This document shows, piece by piece, positions 55,220 to 64,000 of a stretch of 64,000 bases of DNA (the stretch's first letter is position 1; each line of letters opens with the position of its first letter). The notes beneath the pieces were generated by a model. It was not told the origin of the DNA, did no database searches, and saw nothing but the letters and a program-made list of their open reading frames with translations. Made by a program: the position numbers and the translations under genes. Location: assembly GCA_028714495.1 (NCBI GenBank), contig JAQTMH010000001.1:73721-137720 (forward strand). The letters are read 5' to 3'. This stretch comes from Patescibacteria group bacterium. Lineage in GTDB: Bacteria > Patescibacteriota > Patescibacteriia > JAHIZJ01.

Positions 55220-55888
55220 ATGAAAATATTAGTCGTTGAAGATGAAGAATCAATCCGCGAGGTGATAAAAAAATATCTCCAGCTCGCGGGTTTTGACGTG
55301 CTTGAAGCGGCCAGTGGCGAGGTGGCGCTTTTGAAATTTAATGACTCAGTTGATTTGGTCATACTCGACCTCAACCTGCCAAATCGAGACGGTCTTGAAG
55401 TCTGCCGCGGCTTGCGCAAAAAATCCCAGGTCCCGATCATCATGGTCACCGCCCGGACTGAGGAGATTGACGAGCTTAAAGGGCTGGCCATCGGCGCCGA
55501 TGATTATATAAAGAAACCCTTCTCGCCAAAAGTCTTGCTAGCCAGGGTTCAATCAATCCTGCGCCGTTCATCGGTTGAAACGGCAAATAGGCCTAGCCTG
55601 ATTATTAACAAGGAAAAAATGACGGCGCGCAAAGATGGCAAGGATGTCCCGCTGACTACGACGCAGTTTAAAATATTACAGACGTTGGCCGGTCAGCCGG
55701 GAAAAGTCTTCACGCGCGGAGATTTACTGTCAGCAATCGACGGAGGCGGTCAGTCAAAATCCGCCATGGAGCGCACCATCGACGCCCATATAAAATCTAT
55801 CAGAAAACTAATCGGCGACGACTCATATAACCCAAAATTCATTAAGACAATAATTGGTACCGGTTATAAATATACCGATGAAACTTAA
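55220..55888 (+). CDS. OmpR-family response regulator
   Basis: MKILVVEDEESIREV...DLVILDLNLPNRDGLEV receiver plus a winged-helix output domain. Confidence 0.9.
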   Translation: MKILVVEDEESIREVIKKYLQLAGFDVLEAASGEVALLKFNDSVDLVILDLNLPNRDGLEVCRGLRKKSQVPIIMVTARTEEIDELKGLAIGADDYIKKPFSPKVLLARVQSILRRSSVETANRPSLIINKEKMTARKDGKDVPLTTTQFKILQTLAGQPGKVFTRGDLLSAIDGGGQSKSAMERTIDAHIKSIRKLIGDDSYNPKFIKTIIGTGYKYTDET

Positions 55889-57023
55889 CAAGCATTTCAA
55901 TAAAATCGGAGTTAAAGTCGCCTTGATCATTATCGGACTGCTGGCCGGCTTGTTTGTTTTATTGAATTTTCTGGCGGTGGATCGGGGCGAGCGAGCTTTC
56001 CATGATGTCTACCGAATCATCGTCGACCGGGGTGGAGTGCCAGCCTATGACGCGCCGTTAATTGGGCCATTCAATGATCAAGGTTTTCCTGGCCGCCCCT
56101 TTAACGGTCAACAGGAGATGACCCCGCCTGAGCATTTCAAAAACAAATTCCAGTTATCACTATTGCTGATCGGCTTGATCGCCCTGCTCGGCGCAGTCGG
56201 CATCGCTTTTCTAATCTCTAAAATAATCACCCGCCCGCTTAATAAACTAGGAACGGGCTTAAAAAAACTGCGAGCGAGCCATTACAAGCTCCGGCTCGAT
56301 GAAAATAACTCTGAGGAATTCAATACCCTAATCAAGGAATTCAACGGTCTAGCGGCCGAGCTTGAGCGAGCCGAGGAATTGAGAAAAAACTTAATCTCTG
56401 ACACCTCGCACGAATTGAAAACTCCGCTGGCCAGCCTCGTCGCTCAGCTGGAGGGCATCGAGGATGGCGTGCTTACTTTCGATCAGGAACGCGTTAAACT
56501 TCTGCGCGAGCAGGTAGTCCGGTTATATGAATTGACCGAAGGCCTGCAGGATTACGCCAGCCTGCGCAGTCACTTTATCAAACCGCAATTCAAAAACTTG
56601 CGACTCAAAGAAGTTTTGGATAAAATCATGGAACAGTTTAAAGATCAGCTGGCCGATAAAAAGATCACGGTGCGAGTGAATATATCTGATGACTACGCTT
56701 TGACCGCCGACCCCTCGCTACTGACCAGGGTGTTTACCAATCTTCTTGACAACGCCATCCGCTATTCTCAGGCTAAAAACATTACGATCGCGGCGACCAA
56801 GGAACAAATCACTATCGCCGATGACGGCGTCGGTATCCCAGAACAACATTTGCAGGATATCTTTGAGAGATTCTTCCGCCTGGAAAAATCCCGCAATCGC
56901 AAAACTGGCGGGCTGGGACTGGGGTTGGCCATCATCCGCGAGATCATCGAATCGCACGGCTGGAAAATACACGCCCGGATTCCCGAAAACAACCAGGGCG
57001 TTGAATTTGTCATCGATTTATAA
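55854..57023 (+). CDS. Sensor histidine kinase
   Basis: 2 TM, HAMP, H-box DTSHELKTPLASL, N/G boxes NLLDNAIRYS and GGLGLGLAI. Confidence 0.9.
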   Translation: MVPVINIPMKLNKHFNKIGVKVALIIIGLLAGLFVLLNFLAVDRGERAFHDVYRIIVDRGGVPAYDAPLIGPFNDQGFPGRPFNGQQEMTPPEHFKNKFQLSLLLIGLIALLGAVGIAFLISKIITRPLNKLGTGLKKLRASHYKLRLDENNSEEFNTLIKEFNGLAAELERAEELRKNLISDTSHELKTPLASLVAQLEGIEDGVLTFDQERVKLLREQVVRLYELTEGLQDYASLRSHFIKPQFKNLRLKEVLDKIMEQFKDQLADKKITVRVNISDDYALTADPSLLTRVFTNLLDNAIRYSQAKNITIAATKEQITIADDGVGIPEQHLQDIFERFFRLEKSRNRKTGGLGLGLAIIREIIESHGWKIHARIPENNQGVEFVIDL

Positions 57024-57044
57024 CACTAATACCAAGAAAATAGC

Positions 57045-57749
57045 ATGAAAAAAGTTTATCTTGTGTTTTTAGTGATATTAATCGTTACCGTCGGTGGCGT
57101 TTATTTATTGATCAGCTTAATCACTCGGACCAATCCGAAAAATAATAACCAGGCTCAACCGGTAAATAGCAATAGTCAGGCAGTTCAAAATACCGCCGAT
57201 AACAACCAGGTCAGCGTCAATCAGCCGGTAAATCAAGCCGTCAGTCCCTTTCAGCCGCCATTGACTAAATCCGGTGAACGAATCACGAAAAAACCTTTCG
57301 GGATCTACATTACTCCCCAAAATTCACCGGTCCAACCGGAAAAATTCCAGGGCTATCATACTGGAGCTGATTTTGAAATATTTCCGGACGAACTTACAGC
57401 CGACGTGGCTGTCAAGGCAGTATGTTCAGGAGTATTGAAGGTGAAAGAATACGCCAGCGGCTACGGCGGGGTAGCAGTTGAAACATGCCAATTGGATAAT
57501 GAGCAAATCACCGTCATTTATGGACATTTAAAACTCGCCAGTATCCAGTATAAGGCGGGCGACAGTATCAACGTTGGCGATCAGCTCGGCCTTCTAGGCG
57601 CAGACAAAAGCGTCGAAACTGACGGCGAGCGAAAACATTTGCATCTGGGGTTTCATAAGGGTTCGGCGATAAACCTGCTCGGTTATGTAAATACGCAAGC
57701 CGGACTGGCTGATTGGATTGATCCTTGCCTTTACATCTGCCACGACTAA
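57045..57749 (+). CDS. M23 family peptidase (membrane-anchored)
   Basis: HTGADFEIF and HLHLGFHKG motifs. Confidence 0.75.
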   Translation: MKKVYLVFLVILIVTVGGVYLLISLITRTNPKNNNQAQPVNSNSQAVQNTADNNQVSVNQPVNQAVSPFQPPLTKSGERITKKPFGIYITPQNSPVQPEKFQGYHTGADFEIFPDELTADVAVKAVCSGVLKVKEYASGYGGVAVETCQLDNEQITVIYGHLKLASIQYKAGDSINVGDQLGLLGADKSVETDGERKHLHLGFHKGSAINLLGYVNTQAGLADWIDPCLYICHD

Positions 57750-57998
57750 ATGCGTCCGTAGTAAATTCACATACAAAAAACCATCCGCGAAGGGATGGCT
57801 TTTTGTATTACGTTATCTTGAAGGAATTATTATTAGGACTTACGCGTTTGAGCCAAGTTCAAGGAAAAATGCGAGGATTTTGCGAGGCGTAGTCAAACTA
57901 CGACGAGCAAAAACGAAGCATTTTGACGAAGAAATTGGCCAAAGCCGCTGATGGAACCGGCTTCGCCGGGCCGAAAGCGGCAAGCGCGTAAGTCCTAA

Positions 57999-58946
57999 TT
58001 ATTTCAGCTCAATGCAGTCCAGGGCATTATAATACATATTGGCGCTGGTCTCAGTATTCCACTGCAACGCAATGGTATGGGTTCCAGCCGCGACTGACAA
58101 AATCGCGTGCGTCTCAAGGCTGGCAGAACTGACGAGACCCGAAGAAGTCCTGGTAATGCGTATGGTCCGAGGGACCAAGACGCCATCGAGCAGCATCTGC
58201 ACCCTGATTAATTCATAATCATTTATTGTGTCGCCGTACCCGCTCCAAGTGCAAAACATCGAACTGTCTCCAGTGGTAATCGACAACGAAGTTAAGGTAT
58301 CGAAGTCAGCACCCGACTTGGTTGTGTTTTCAGATGAAGTAAGCGTTCCTTCAACCCCTTGTGTAACTCCAAGGCTGGCCAGATCAGCGGAAGTTATTGT
58401 CCCGTCAGTGATTTTCGCGCTAGTAATCGAGCTGTCAGCCAGATCAGCCGTTGCAATTGTCCCATCGTAGATTTTCGCGGTCGTCACCGAATCACTGGCC
58501 AGATTATCAAGGCTGACAATACCCGAACCGACTAAGCTAGAGGCTGTCAAAGCACCGGTGGTCAATGAGTTTGACGTTAAATAACCGGCAACTTCTATGT
58601 TGTCATTAACCAGGAGGGGTTGCGTATCGCCTGTTCCGGCAATTGCTCCCCGGTAAAGGCGTCCGTCAATTCGAACATTATCGCCGAAAGTGACTGGATT
58701 ATCAGAATTGCCCGTTCCAGTCGTGCTGTTAACGATGGTGCCATTGAAAAAAGTCACACCGCCAGTTCCCTGCCGGCCAACTTTGATCGAATCAAACATC
58801 ATCGTGCCTTTGACGTCAAAGGTATCGCCAGTCGCGCCGCCCAGCGTTCCCGTAATGTTGTGGCTAGCCGCGTAAACAATGGTGGCGCCGGTAAAAACCG
58901 AGGCTATTCCTACGCAGAGGGAATAAATTAGTCTCGCTTTTTTCAT
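57999..58946 (-). CDS. Secreted protein with Gly/Thr-rich repeats
   Basis: Signal peptide, then repeated TGT/GDT-rich segments. Confidence 0.5.
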   Translation of the reverse strand: MKKARLIYSLCVGIASVFTGATIVYAASHNITGTLGGATGDTFDVKGTMMFDSIKVGRQGTGGVTFFNGTIVNSTTGTGNSDNPVTFGDNVRIDGRLYRGAIAGTGDTQPLLVNDNIEVAGYLTSNSLTTGALTASSLVGSGIVSLDNLASDSVTTAKIYDGTIATADLADSSITSAKITDGTITSADLASLGVTQGVEGTLTSSENTTKSGADFDTLTSLSITTGDSSMFCTWSGYGDTINDYELIRVQMLLDGVLVPRTIRITRTSSGLVSSASLETHAILSVAAGTHTIALQWNTETSANMYYNALDCIELK

Positions 58947-58974
58947 AAGTTTTATCTTAATAATTTACTCTTGC

Positions 58975-61900
58975 TTATTCTTCCAAAACCCGGAAGTTTG
59001 GGCCGCCGTTCGAGCGAGGCATAGTCACAATTTCCGCCTTGCCGTCTTTATCCACGTCGCCAGCCGCAACAATCAAACCGCCAGTCACTCCCTTAGCATA
59101 CGGCCGGATTTCTTTTATGGGCGTAAACTGCCGCTTGTTGTATATACGCACATAGGAATCCATGCCGATTCCCGAACCGACAATTATCTCACCGGTGCCA
59201 TTGCCGTCATAATCAGCTCCGGCTACAGATACTCCGCCTTTGTAACTCGAGTCAAAGGCGTAAAACCCGGGATTCAGCCGTTTCACTTGGCCTGGGATAA
59301 GAGTGAAAAACTGGATGTGCGGCGACCCATATTCAGGACCGGTGATAATTTCATCCTTACCGTCGCCGTCACTGTCAAAAGTAGCCACGGTAATTCCTCC
59401 GCGGAAGGTGTTTTTGTCGTAAGCGAAGAAATTGCCGATTATCCGGCCGTCAGCCTGGTGAACCGTGACTTGCGCGCCGCCGCCCTTACCCGCGGTAACA
59501 ATAATTTCGTCTAGTCCGTTGCCGTTGACATCACCTGAAGCCACATAGGCTCCCCCTTTAAATTTACCATCAAGCGCGTAAAAACCATCCTTATCAACAT
59601 CGGGATTACCTTTAGCGTCGTAAATCTTAACTAGAGGCGTTGCGCCAGGCCCTGGCACTGTAATAATTTCATCATATCCGTCACCATCTAAATCGCCAGT
59701 GGTAATCCGCACGCCGGCTCTGAGGTTTGAGTCGTAGGCGAAAAACGACCCCAACACCTTTCCGTCCTTATCAAATATCCTGACCTGAGGACCGAAACCT
59801 TGGCCGGTTCCGGTAATTATTTCTTCGGCTTCATCGCCCATTACATTTCCCACGGCAATAGCCCAGCCGCCCCGAAGCTTAGAATTATAAGCCATAAAGC
59901 TTTTGCCAGGAGCCACGGTGTCGCGCGGACTCGGGACCGTCGAATCTAAATCGATAGTTCTAATCAAATCGTTTCGAAAGTCAGTGACATAAAGAGTGGT
60001 GTTGAGAAAAGCCATGCCTTTTGGCGCGTCCCATTCAGCCACCTCTTTTGTTCCATTGACCTTGCCGCGCTCGCCAGAGCCGGAGACCAGAGAAGTTTTT
60101 TGGGCGGTTAAATCAAGCTTTCGAACCCGCAAGCTGCCGGCTTCGGAGATATATAGATTCCCGTCAGGCCCGCGCTTGATGTTTTCCGGAATGCCCAGAA
60201 CCGCTTCTTTGAAACTGCCTTCTTTATAACCCTGCTTGCCTGTGCCGACCAGCGTGGTGACTTGGTTGTTGGCCAGGTTAATCGCTCGAACCGCGTGATT
60301 ATATTTATCCGCCACATAAAGAGTCTTATTGTCAGACGACAGGGCTACGGTAAAAGGGCCGTTAAAAGTGGCATTATTGCCAATGCCGTTAACGAATCCG
60401 CTGGCCCCGGAGCCGGCGATTAACGAGGTTTGACCGGTCGCGATAACTACTTTTCTAATCCGGTTGTTGCTGCCGTCAGCGATGTAAAGAGTTTTGCCGT
60501 CGCTGGTCAGGGCTAAGCCGGTCGGCCGGTTGAAATAGGCGCAGCCGCTCACCCCGAGCGAAAACTGACCGTCGCAGGGGCCGCCTTCCTGGTAACCATT
60601 ATTAGAATCTTGATCGGAATTGAATTCTCCGGCGCCGGTGATATAGCTGGTTTGCCCAGTTTCAACATTTAGCGAACGAATGCGATTATTGTTCCGATCA
60701 ACCAAATATAGGGTCTTACCGTCCGCTGACATGGCCGTGCTGATCACATCGCTGAAACGGGCGGTTTCGCCGGCAGCCTCGAGATAATTATCCATCGCGT
60801 TTCCAGCTAAGTGGGTTAATTCGTCATTCCAGAGATCATACTTCGCTATTTTATTTCCTTGCGAGTAAACAATGTATAAAATTTTTCCGTCAGGAGAAAA
60901 GGCGACATCCTGGGGATGGCCGATTAACGCTACGCCGGCATTTCCAGTGTCATCGCCATAGCGGTGCTTGCCGGCAATCTGCCGCATATCCTCACCATTA
61001 ATATCAAAGGTGAAAATACTGGAGCCGCCGCCCTGGAGAATATAGATCCTAGGCGTTCCATTGTCCTCGCGGACAAAGATATCTGAACCCATATTCAGCC
61101 ATTCAGTTTCTCGTCTTTCGGCCAATTCAGTCTTTTCTCCGGTTGTTGGGCTGATTCGCCAGATCTCGTTCCAAACTCCGTTTTCACCAGCCGTAACGTA
61201 AATATTGCCATTATAATAAGTTATGGCTCGCGGCTCGGTAAAGCCAGAGGCCAGAACAGTTTTGGCTTTCGTGGAAATATTTATCTTGATAATCTTGCCC
61301 GAGCCGAAATCCGCGACATAAAGATTGTCGCCGCCCTGGACGATTTTCATAGGAGTGCTCAAACCAGTGGAGATTTCCGTGAGCGCGCCTCCAGATTTCG
61401 AAACTTTGACAATCCGGTTGTTGCCGGTGTCAGCAAAGTAAAGGTCTGAGCCGCTTATGATAATGCCTTCGGGTACTGATAAGGCTTTTGCTCCGGTGAC
61501 AGTCAGAGTTGTCACCTTGCCGGCTGAATCGATTTTGCGTATCCGGCTGCTTCCCGCGTCAGCGACAAAGAAAGAACCGTCGCTTGAACTGTAGGCAATG
61601 CCCTTGGGATAACCAAAAGAAGCTAGCGTCCGAGAACCATCTTGGCGTCCCCACTCGCCAGTTCCGGCGAAAGTCGTGATTACACTGTTAGCGTCAATTT
61701 TTCTGATGACGTTATTGTTGGTATCGGCAATGTAGATATTGCCCGCTCCGTCATGAGTGAACCCCTGCGGCATATCCAGGTAGGCGTCAATCGCCGGTCC
61801 ATTATCGCCAGTATACATTTTTCCCAGGAAAGTGCCGGTGTCGCCAAAAGCCGCGAAGACCGCCTGGTTAAAAATAAAAACGCCTCCAGCAATAAGGAGA

Positions 61901-62028
61901 AGGCCTAATAATACTCTAATGGGAAAAATAAATGGTTGTTTGCTCATTGTTGTATAATTTAATTGTTTGGTAACATTATTATACCAAAAATAAGGATGTA
62001 GATCAAAGAAGCTTACGGAATCAGGCAA
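58975..62028 (-). CDS. Giant secreted NHL-repeat plus FG-GAP/VCBS-repeat protein
   Basis: 1017 aa. NHL-like blades (YVADKYNHAVRAINL, LYIADGSNNRIRKV). C-terminal D.DGDG...E repeats. Confidence 0.75.
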   Translation of the reverse strand: MPDSVSFFDLHPYFWYNNVTKQLNYTTMSKQPFIFPIRVLLGLLLIAGGVFIFNQAVFAAFGDTGTFLGKMYTGDNGPAIDAYLDMPQGFTHDGAGNIYIADTNNNVIRKIDANSVITTFAGTGEWGRQDGSRTLASFGYPKGIAYSSSDGSFFVADAGSSRIRKIDSAGKVTTLTVTGAKALSVPEGIIISGSDLYFADTGNNRIVKVSKSGGALTEISTGLSTPMKIVQGGDNLYVADFGSGKIIKINISTKAKTVLASGFTEPRAITYYNGNIYVTAGENGVWNEIWRISPTTGEKTELAERRETEWLNMGSDIFVREDNGTPRIYILQGGGSSIFTFDINGEDMRQIAGKHRYGDDTGNAGVALIGHPQDVAFSPDGKILYIVYSQGNKIAKYDLWNDELTHLAGNAMDNYLEAAGETARFSDVISTAMSADGKTLYLVDRNNNRIRSLNVETGQTSYITGAGEFNSDQDSNNGYQEGGPCDGQFSLGVSGCAYFNRPTGLALTSDGKTLYIADGSNNRIRKVVIATGQTSLIAGSGASGFVNGIGNNATFNGPFTVALSSDNKTLYVADKYNHAVRAINLANNQVTTLVGTGKQGYKEGSFKEAVLGIPENIKRGPDGNLYISEAGSLRVRKLDLTAQKTSLVSGSGERGKVNGTKEVAEWDAPKGMAFLNTTLYVTDFRNDLIRTIDLDSTVPSPRDTVAPGKSFMAYNSKLRGGWAIAVGNVMGDEAEEIITGTGQGFGPQVRIFDKDGKVLGSFFAYDSNLRAGVRITTGDLDGDGYDEIITVPGPGATPLVKIYDAKGNPDVDKDGFYALDGKFKGGAYVASGDVNGNGLDEIIVTAGKGGGAQVTVHQADGRIIGNFFAYDKNTFRGGITVATFDSDGDGKDEIITGPEYGSPHIQFFTLIPGQVKRLNPGFYAFDSSYKGGVSVAGADYDGNGTGEIIVGSGIGMDSYVRIYNKRQFTPIKEIRPYAKGVTGGLIVAAGDVDKDGKAEIVTMPRSNGGPNFRVLEE

Positions 62029-62136
62029 AATAACAAAAACGCCTCATCCAATAAAATTTGACATAAAAAATATATCACAGTAAGCTGGATAGCTGATTTA
62101 TGTGTTGGAGTTCTTTCTAAATACAAGGAGGAACAG

Positions 62137-62349
62137 ATGCCGAAATGGATGTTTTTCGTCCAGAACGTGGACGGCTCAAGCCTGGGTACATTCCAGCAGA
62201 CTCTCCCAGAGACTCCCCGCGTCGGAGACAGCTTCAGTGTAGACTGGGATTCTCGCGGTGGCCGCCTGATCAAGGGAAGATATCAATACACCAGCGTCAA
62301 TGATCATTGCCATCAGGCCGTAATCAAGCTCGTGACTCCAGCCAGTTAG
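62137..62349 (+). CDS. Small hypothetical protein, GC-rich
   Basis: 70 aa ORF. RBS AAGGAGG upstream. Confidence 0.35.
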   Translation: MPKWMFFVQNVDGSSLGTFQQTLPETPRVGDSFSVDWDSRGGRLIKGRYQYTSVNDHCHQAVIKLVTPAS

Positions 62350-62379
62350 CTGAACCGTTTTCCAAACCACTCAAGCCCG

Positions 62380-62760
62380 AGTGGTTTTTCTTTGCCCGTG
62401 GCTCCGATAATAAACCAAACTCCCCGAGCCTCCGCGCTTGGGGAATTAACGCGTTTTAGTAGTATCGTATCCTTTATCCGCCTCTTCGGCGGATCTTTGC
62501 CCTAGGCTTCGTCAATGTAAATAGAGAGTAAGGACTCCCTATACTTCAAACTGACTTTAGCCAGGTTAGTATTGATAACTCCACCATTGCCGTGCCAGTA
62601 TAACACGTATTATTGTTAACTAATGTTTATCCGCCTCCCCCCGGCACAGAGGCCGGGGCTCGGCGGTCCGCCCCGCACCCGAAGTGGTGTGGGGGGTTCT
62701 TTGCCTGTGGCTCCGCTTAAGTATGCAGTGAAATCATTGTATTAAGTCTCTACGATTGTT
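62380..62760. other. Structured noncoding region with repeated motifs and hairpins (candidate ncRNA(s), unassigned)
   Basis: ttctttgccYgtggctccg at about 62386 and 62697. tttatccgcctc hairpin module at about 62470 and 62628. Strong GC hairpins ccccggcacagaggccgggg and ccccgcacccgaagtggtgtgggggg. Confidence 0.3.
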
Positions 62761-63141
62761 GGTGTGAAGGCAAAGAAAAAGGCGGCGCGGGTCAGATGAC
62801 CGTTGCCGCCTGAGCGTGTCGGTGCAGCATCGCTGCCCCTTCACACCGGTGACGCGTCTCGTGTAGCGTCAGCTGGTGTTCCGGGTCGAAATGCTGCCAC
62901 GCCCATTGCTTCGCCTCATAGTGCACCTCCCCTTTCAAGGATGGCTACTACGTCCCCCGCGAAACGCTTCGACGGGGGCTCGGCGTGTGCGCATGCGCAA
63001 TCAACTCGCGCATGCATGCAGTAGGCAATATATCATAACGAATATTTTCAAGTCAAGCTATTTATTCACAACCAAAAAAGCCCCCAGGATTCTGAGAACT
63101 TTCTTGTGACTTTCCTTTTTTGAAAAGTCCCGGCGGTTTAC

Positions 63142-63444
<303 letters not shown>

Positions 63445-63456
<12 letters not shown>

Positions 63457-63478
63457 TCTCTTTAGGAAGACCTTTCCC
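63445..63478 (-). promoter_or_regulatory. Conserved 5'UTR element shared with the 9006 RRM gene
   Basis: Minus-strand aaaggtcttcctaaagagagtgcgaattaataag. Confidence 0.5.
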
Positions 63479-63630
63479 CTATTTTATCCTGGGAGAAATA
63501 CCTAAAAAGACTTGCACCTAAACGATAGCTGAAAGCGCGATGACTGTCAAGAATCGGGATTTGTCCGGTTGTCGGATATCTGATAAGCTATTATTGACTC
63601 GGGATTAAGCATTAACTCATTTCTAAAATT

Positions 63631-64000
63631 ATGAATCAAAAGGGTTTTATTTCTATCATCGCCATTATTTTAATAGTAGCTGGCGCGATTTTAGTCGCCT
63701 CATATTATACCAACCGCGGTTCTGGCAATGTCGCGAATGAAACTCGCGATGTCTCTAATTTTAAGAGAATCTCGCTCAGCGGCGTGGGCAATCTAAAAAT
63801 TACGCAAGGTGATACTGAGGGTTTAAAGATCGAGGCCGAAGACAACCTGATCAAGAAAATCGAAACTAAGGTTGAGGCCGGCACTCTCAAAATCGGATAC
63901 AAGCATTGGTGGTCGTTCGGTTTGATCTGGCCGACCAAAGACGTAAACTTTTTCCTCACCGTGAAAGAGCTCGAAGCGATCACCATCTCCGGCTCCGGCT
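63631..64000 (+). CDS. DUF2807/GIN-domain-like membrane-anchored protein, 3' end runs off the window
   Basis: MNQKGFISIIAIILIVAGAILVASYY (TM) then ISLSGVGNLKITQGDTEGLKIEAEDNL...TKVEAGTLKIG. No stop before the window end. Confidence 0.55.
   Translation, partial: MNQKGFISIIAIILIVAGAILVASYYTNRGSGNVANETRDVSNFKRISLSGVGNLKITQGDTEGLKIEAEDNLIKKIETKVEAGTLKIGYKHWWSFGLIWPTKDVNFFLTVKELEAITISGSG

Noticed and set aside
62380-63110. RNase P RNA candidate (aactccacc at about 62575)
   Set aside because: The P4 strands GGAAAGTCCGGGCTCC and ACAGAACCCGGCTTA are absent on both strands. Also rejected the overlapping ORFs 62803..63024 and 62876..63109 as noncoding translations of the GC-rich stretch.

Overview
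This 64 kb window looks like a bacterial chromosome with a mosaic base composition: a backbone near 50 % GC, AT-rich islands and GC-rich single-gene islets (GC judged by eye). All calls below are manual translation and motif reading of the six-frame track and sequence; no tools were run.

Backbone genes:
- A 5'-partial leuS runs off the left edge (1..3616, minus) and carries three inserted hydrolase domains.
- An rpsO, NYN-domain, pnp, cmk run sits on the minus strand (about 13.8-17.6 kb).
- Other core genes include lspA, a ComM/YifB ATPase, an XerC/D-like tyrosine recombinase and tRNA-Arg(TCT).
- Two paralogous RRM RNA-binding protein genes share a conserved 5'UTR element.
- Two giant secreted repeat proteins (FG-GAP/VCBS, NHL) are present.
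- An export cluster spans 48.7-57.7 kb: AbrB-like regulator, two ABC modules, a HlyD adaptor, a two-component system and an M23 peptidase.

Accessory content:
- A GC-rich islet (5.27-8.74 kb) holds a cupin-like gene, two tandem copies of a cassette (6-codon leader micro-ORF MRKVAA, covarying hairpin, small protein with a conserved EVVDTRSA[T/K]K tail) and an orphan urocanase.
- An AT-rich islet (25.3-27.2 kb) holds an XRE / ImmA-IrrE pair and two hypothetical genes.
- A GC-rich B12-binding radical SAM gene sits at 32.6-34.6 kb.
- An AT-rich integrative element (about 38.1-47.6 kb) ends at a tRNA-His overlapped by a large serine recombinase. It also carries Xis, a Dcm methyltransferase, a candidate restriction endonuclease, a Rep_trans-like initiator, a Panacea-domain antitoxin with an unknown toxin, and a rSAM-SPASM enzyme with a lipoprotein.
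- Unexplained repeats and noncoding stretches are listed in the findings. No CRISPR array or rRNA was seen.
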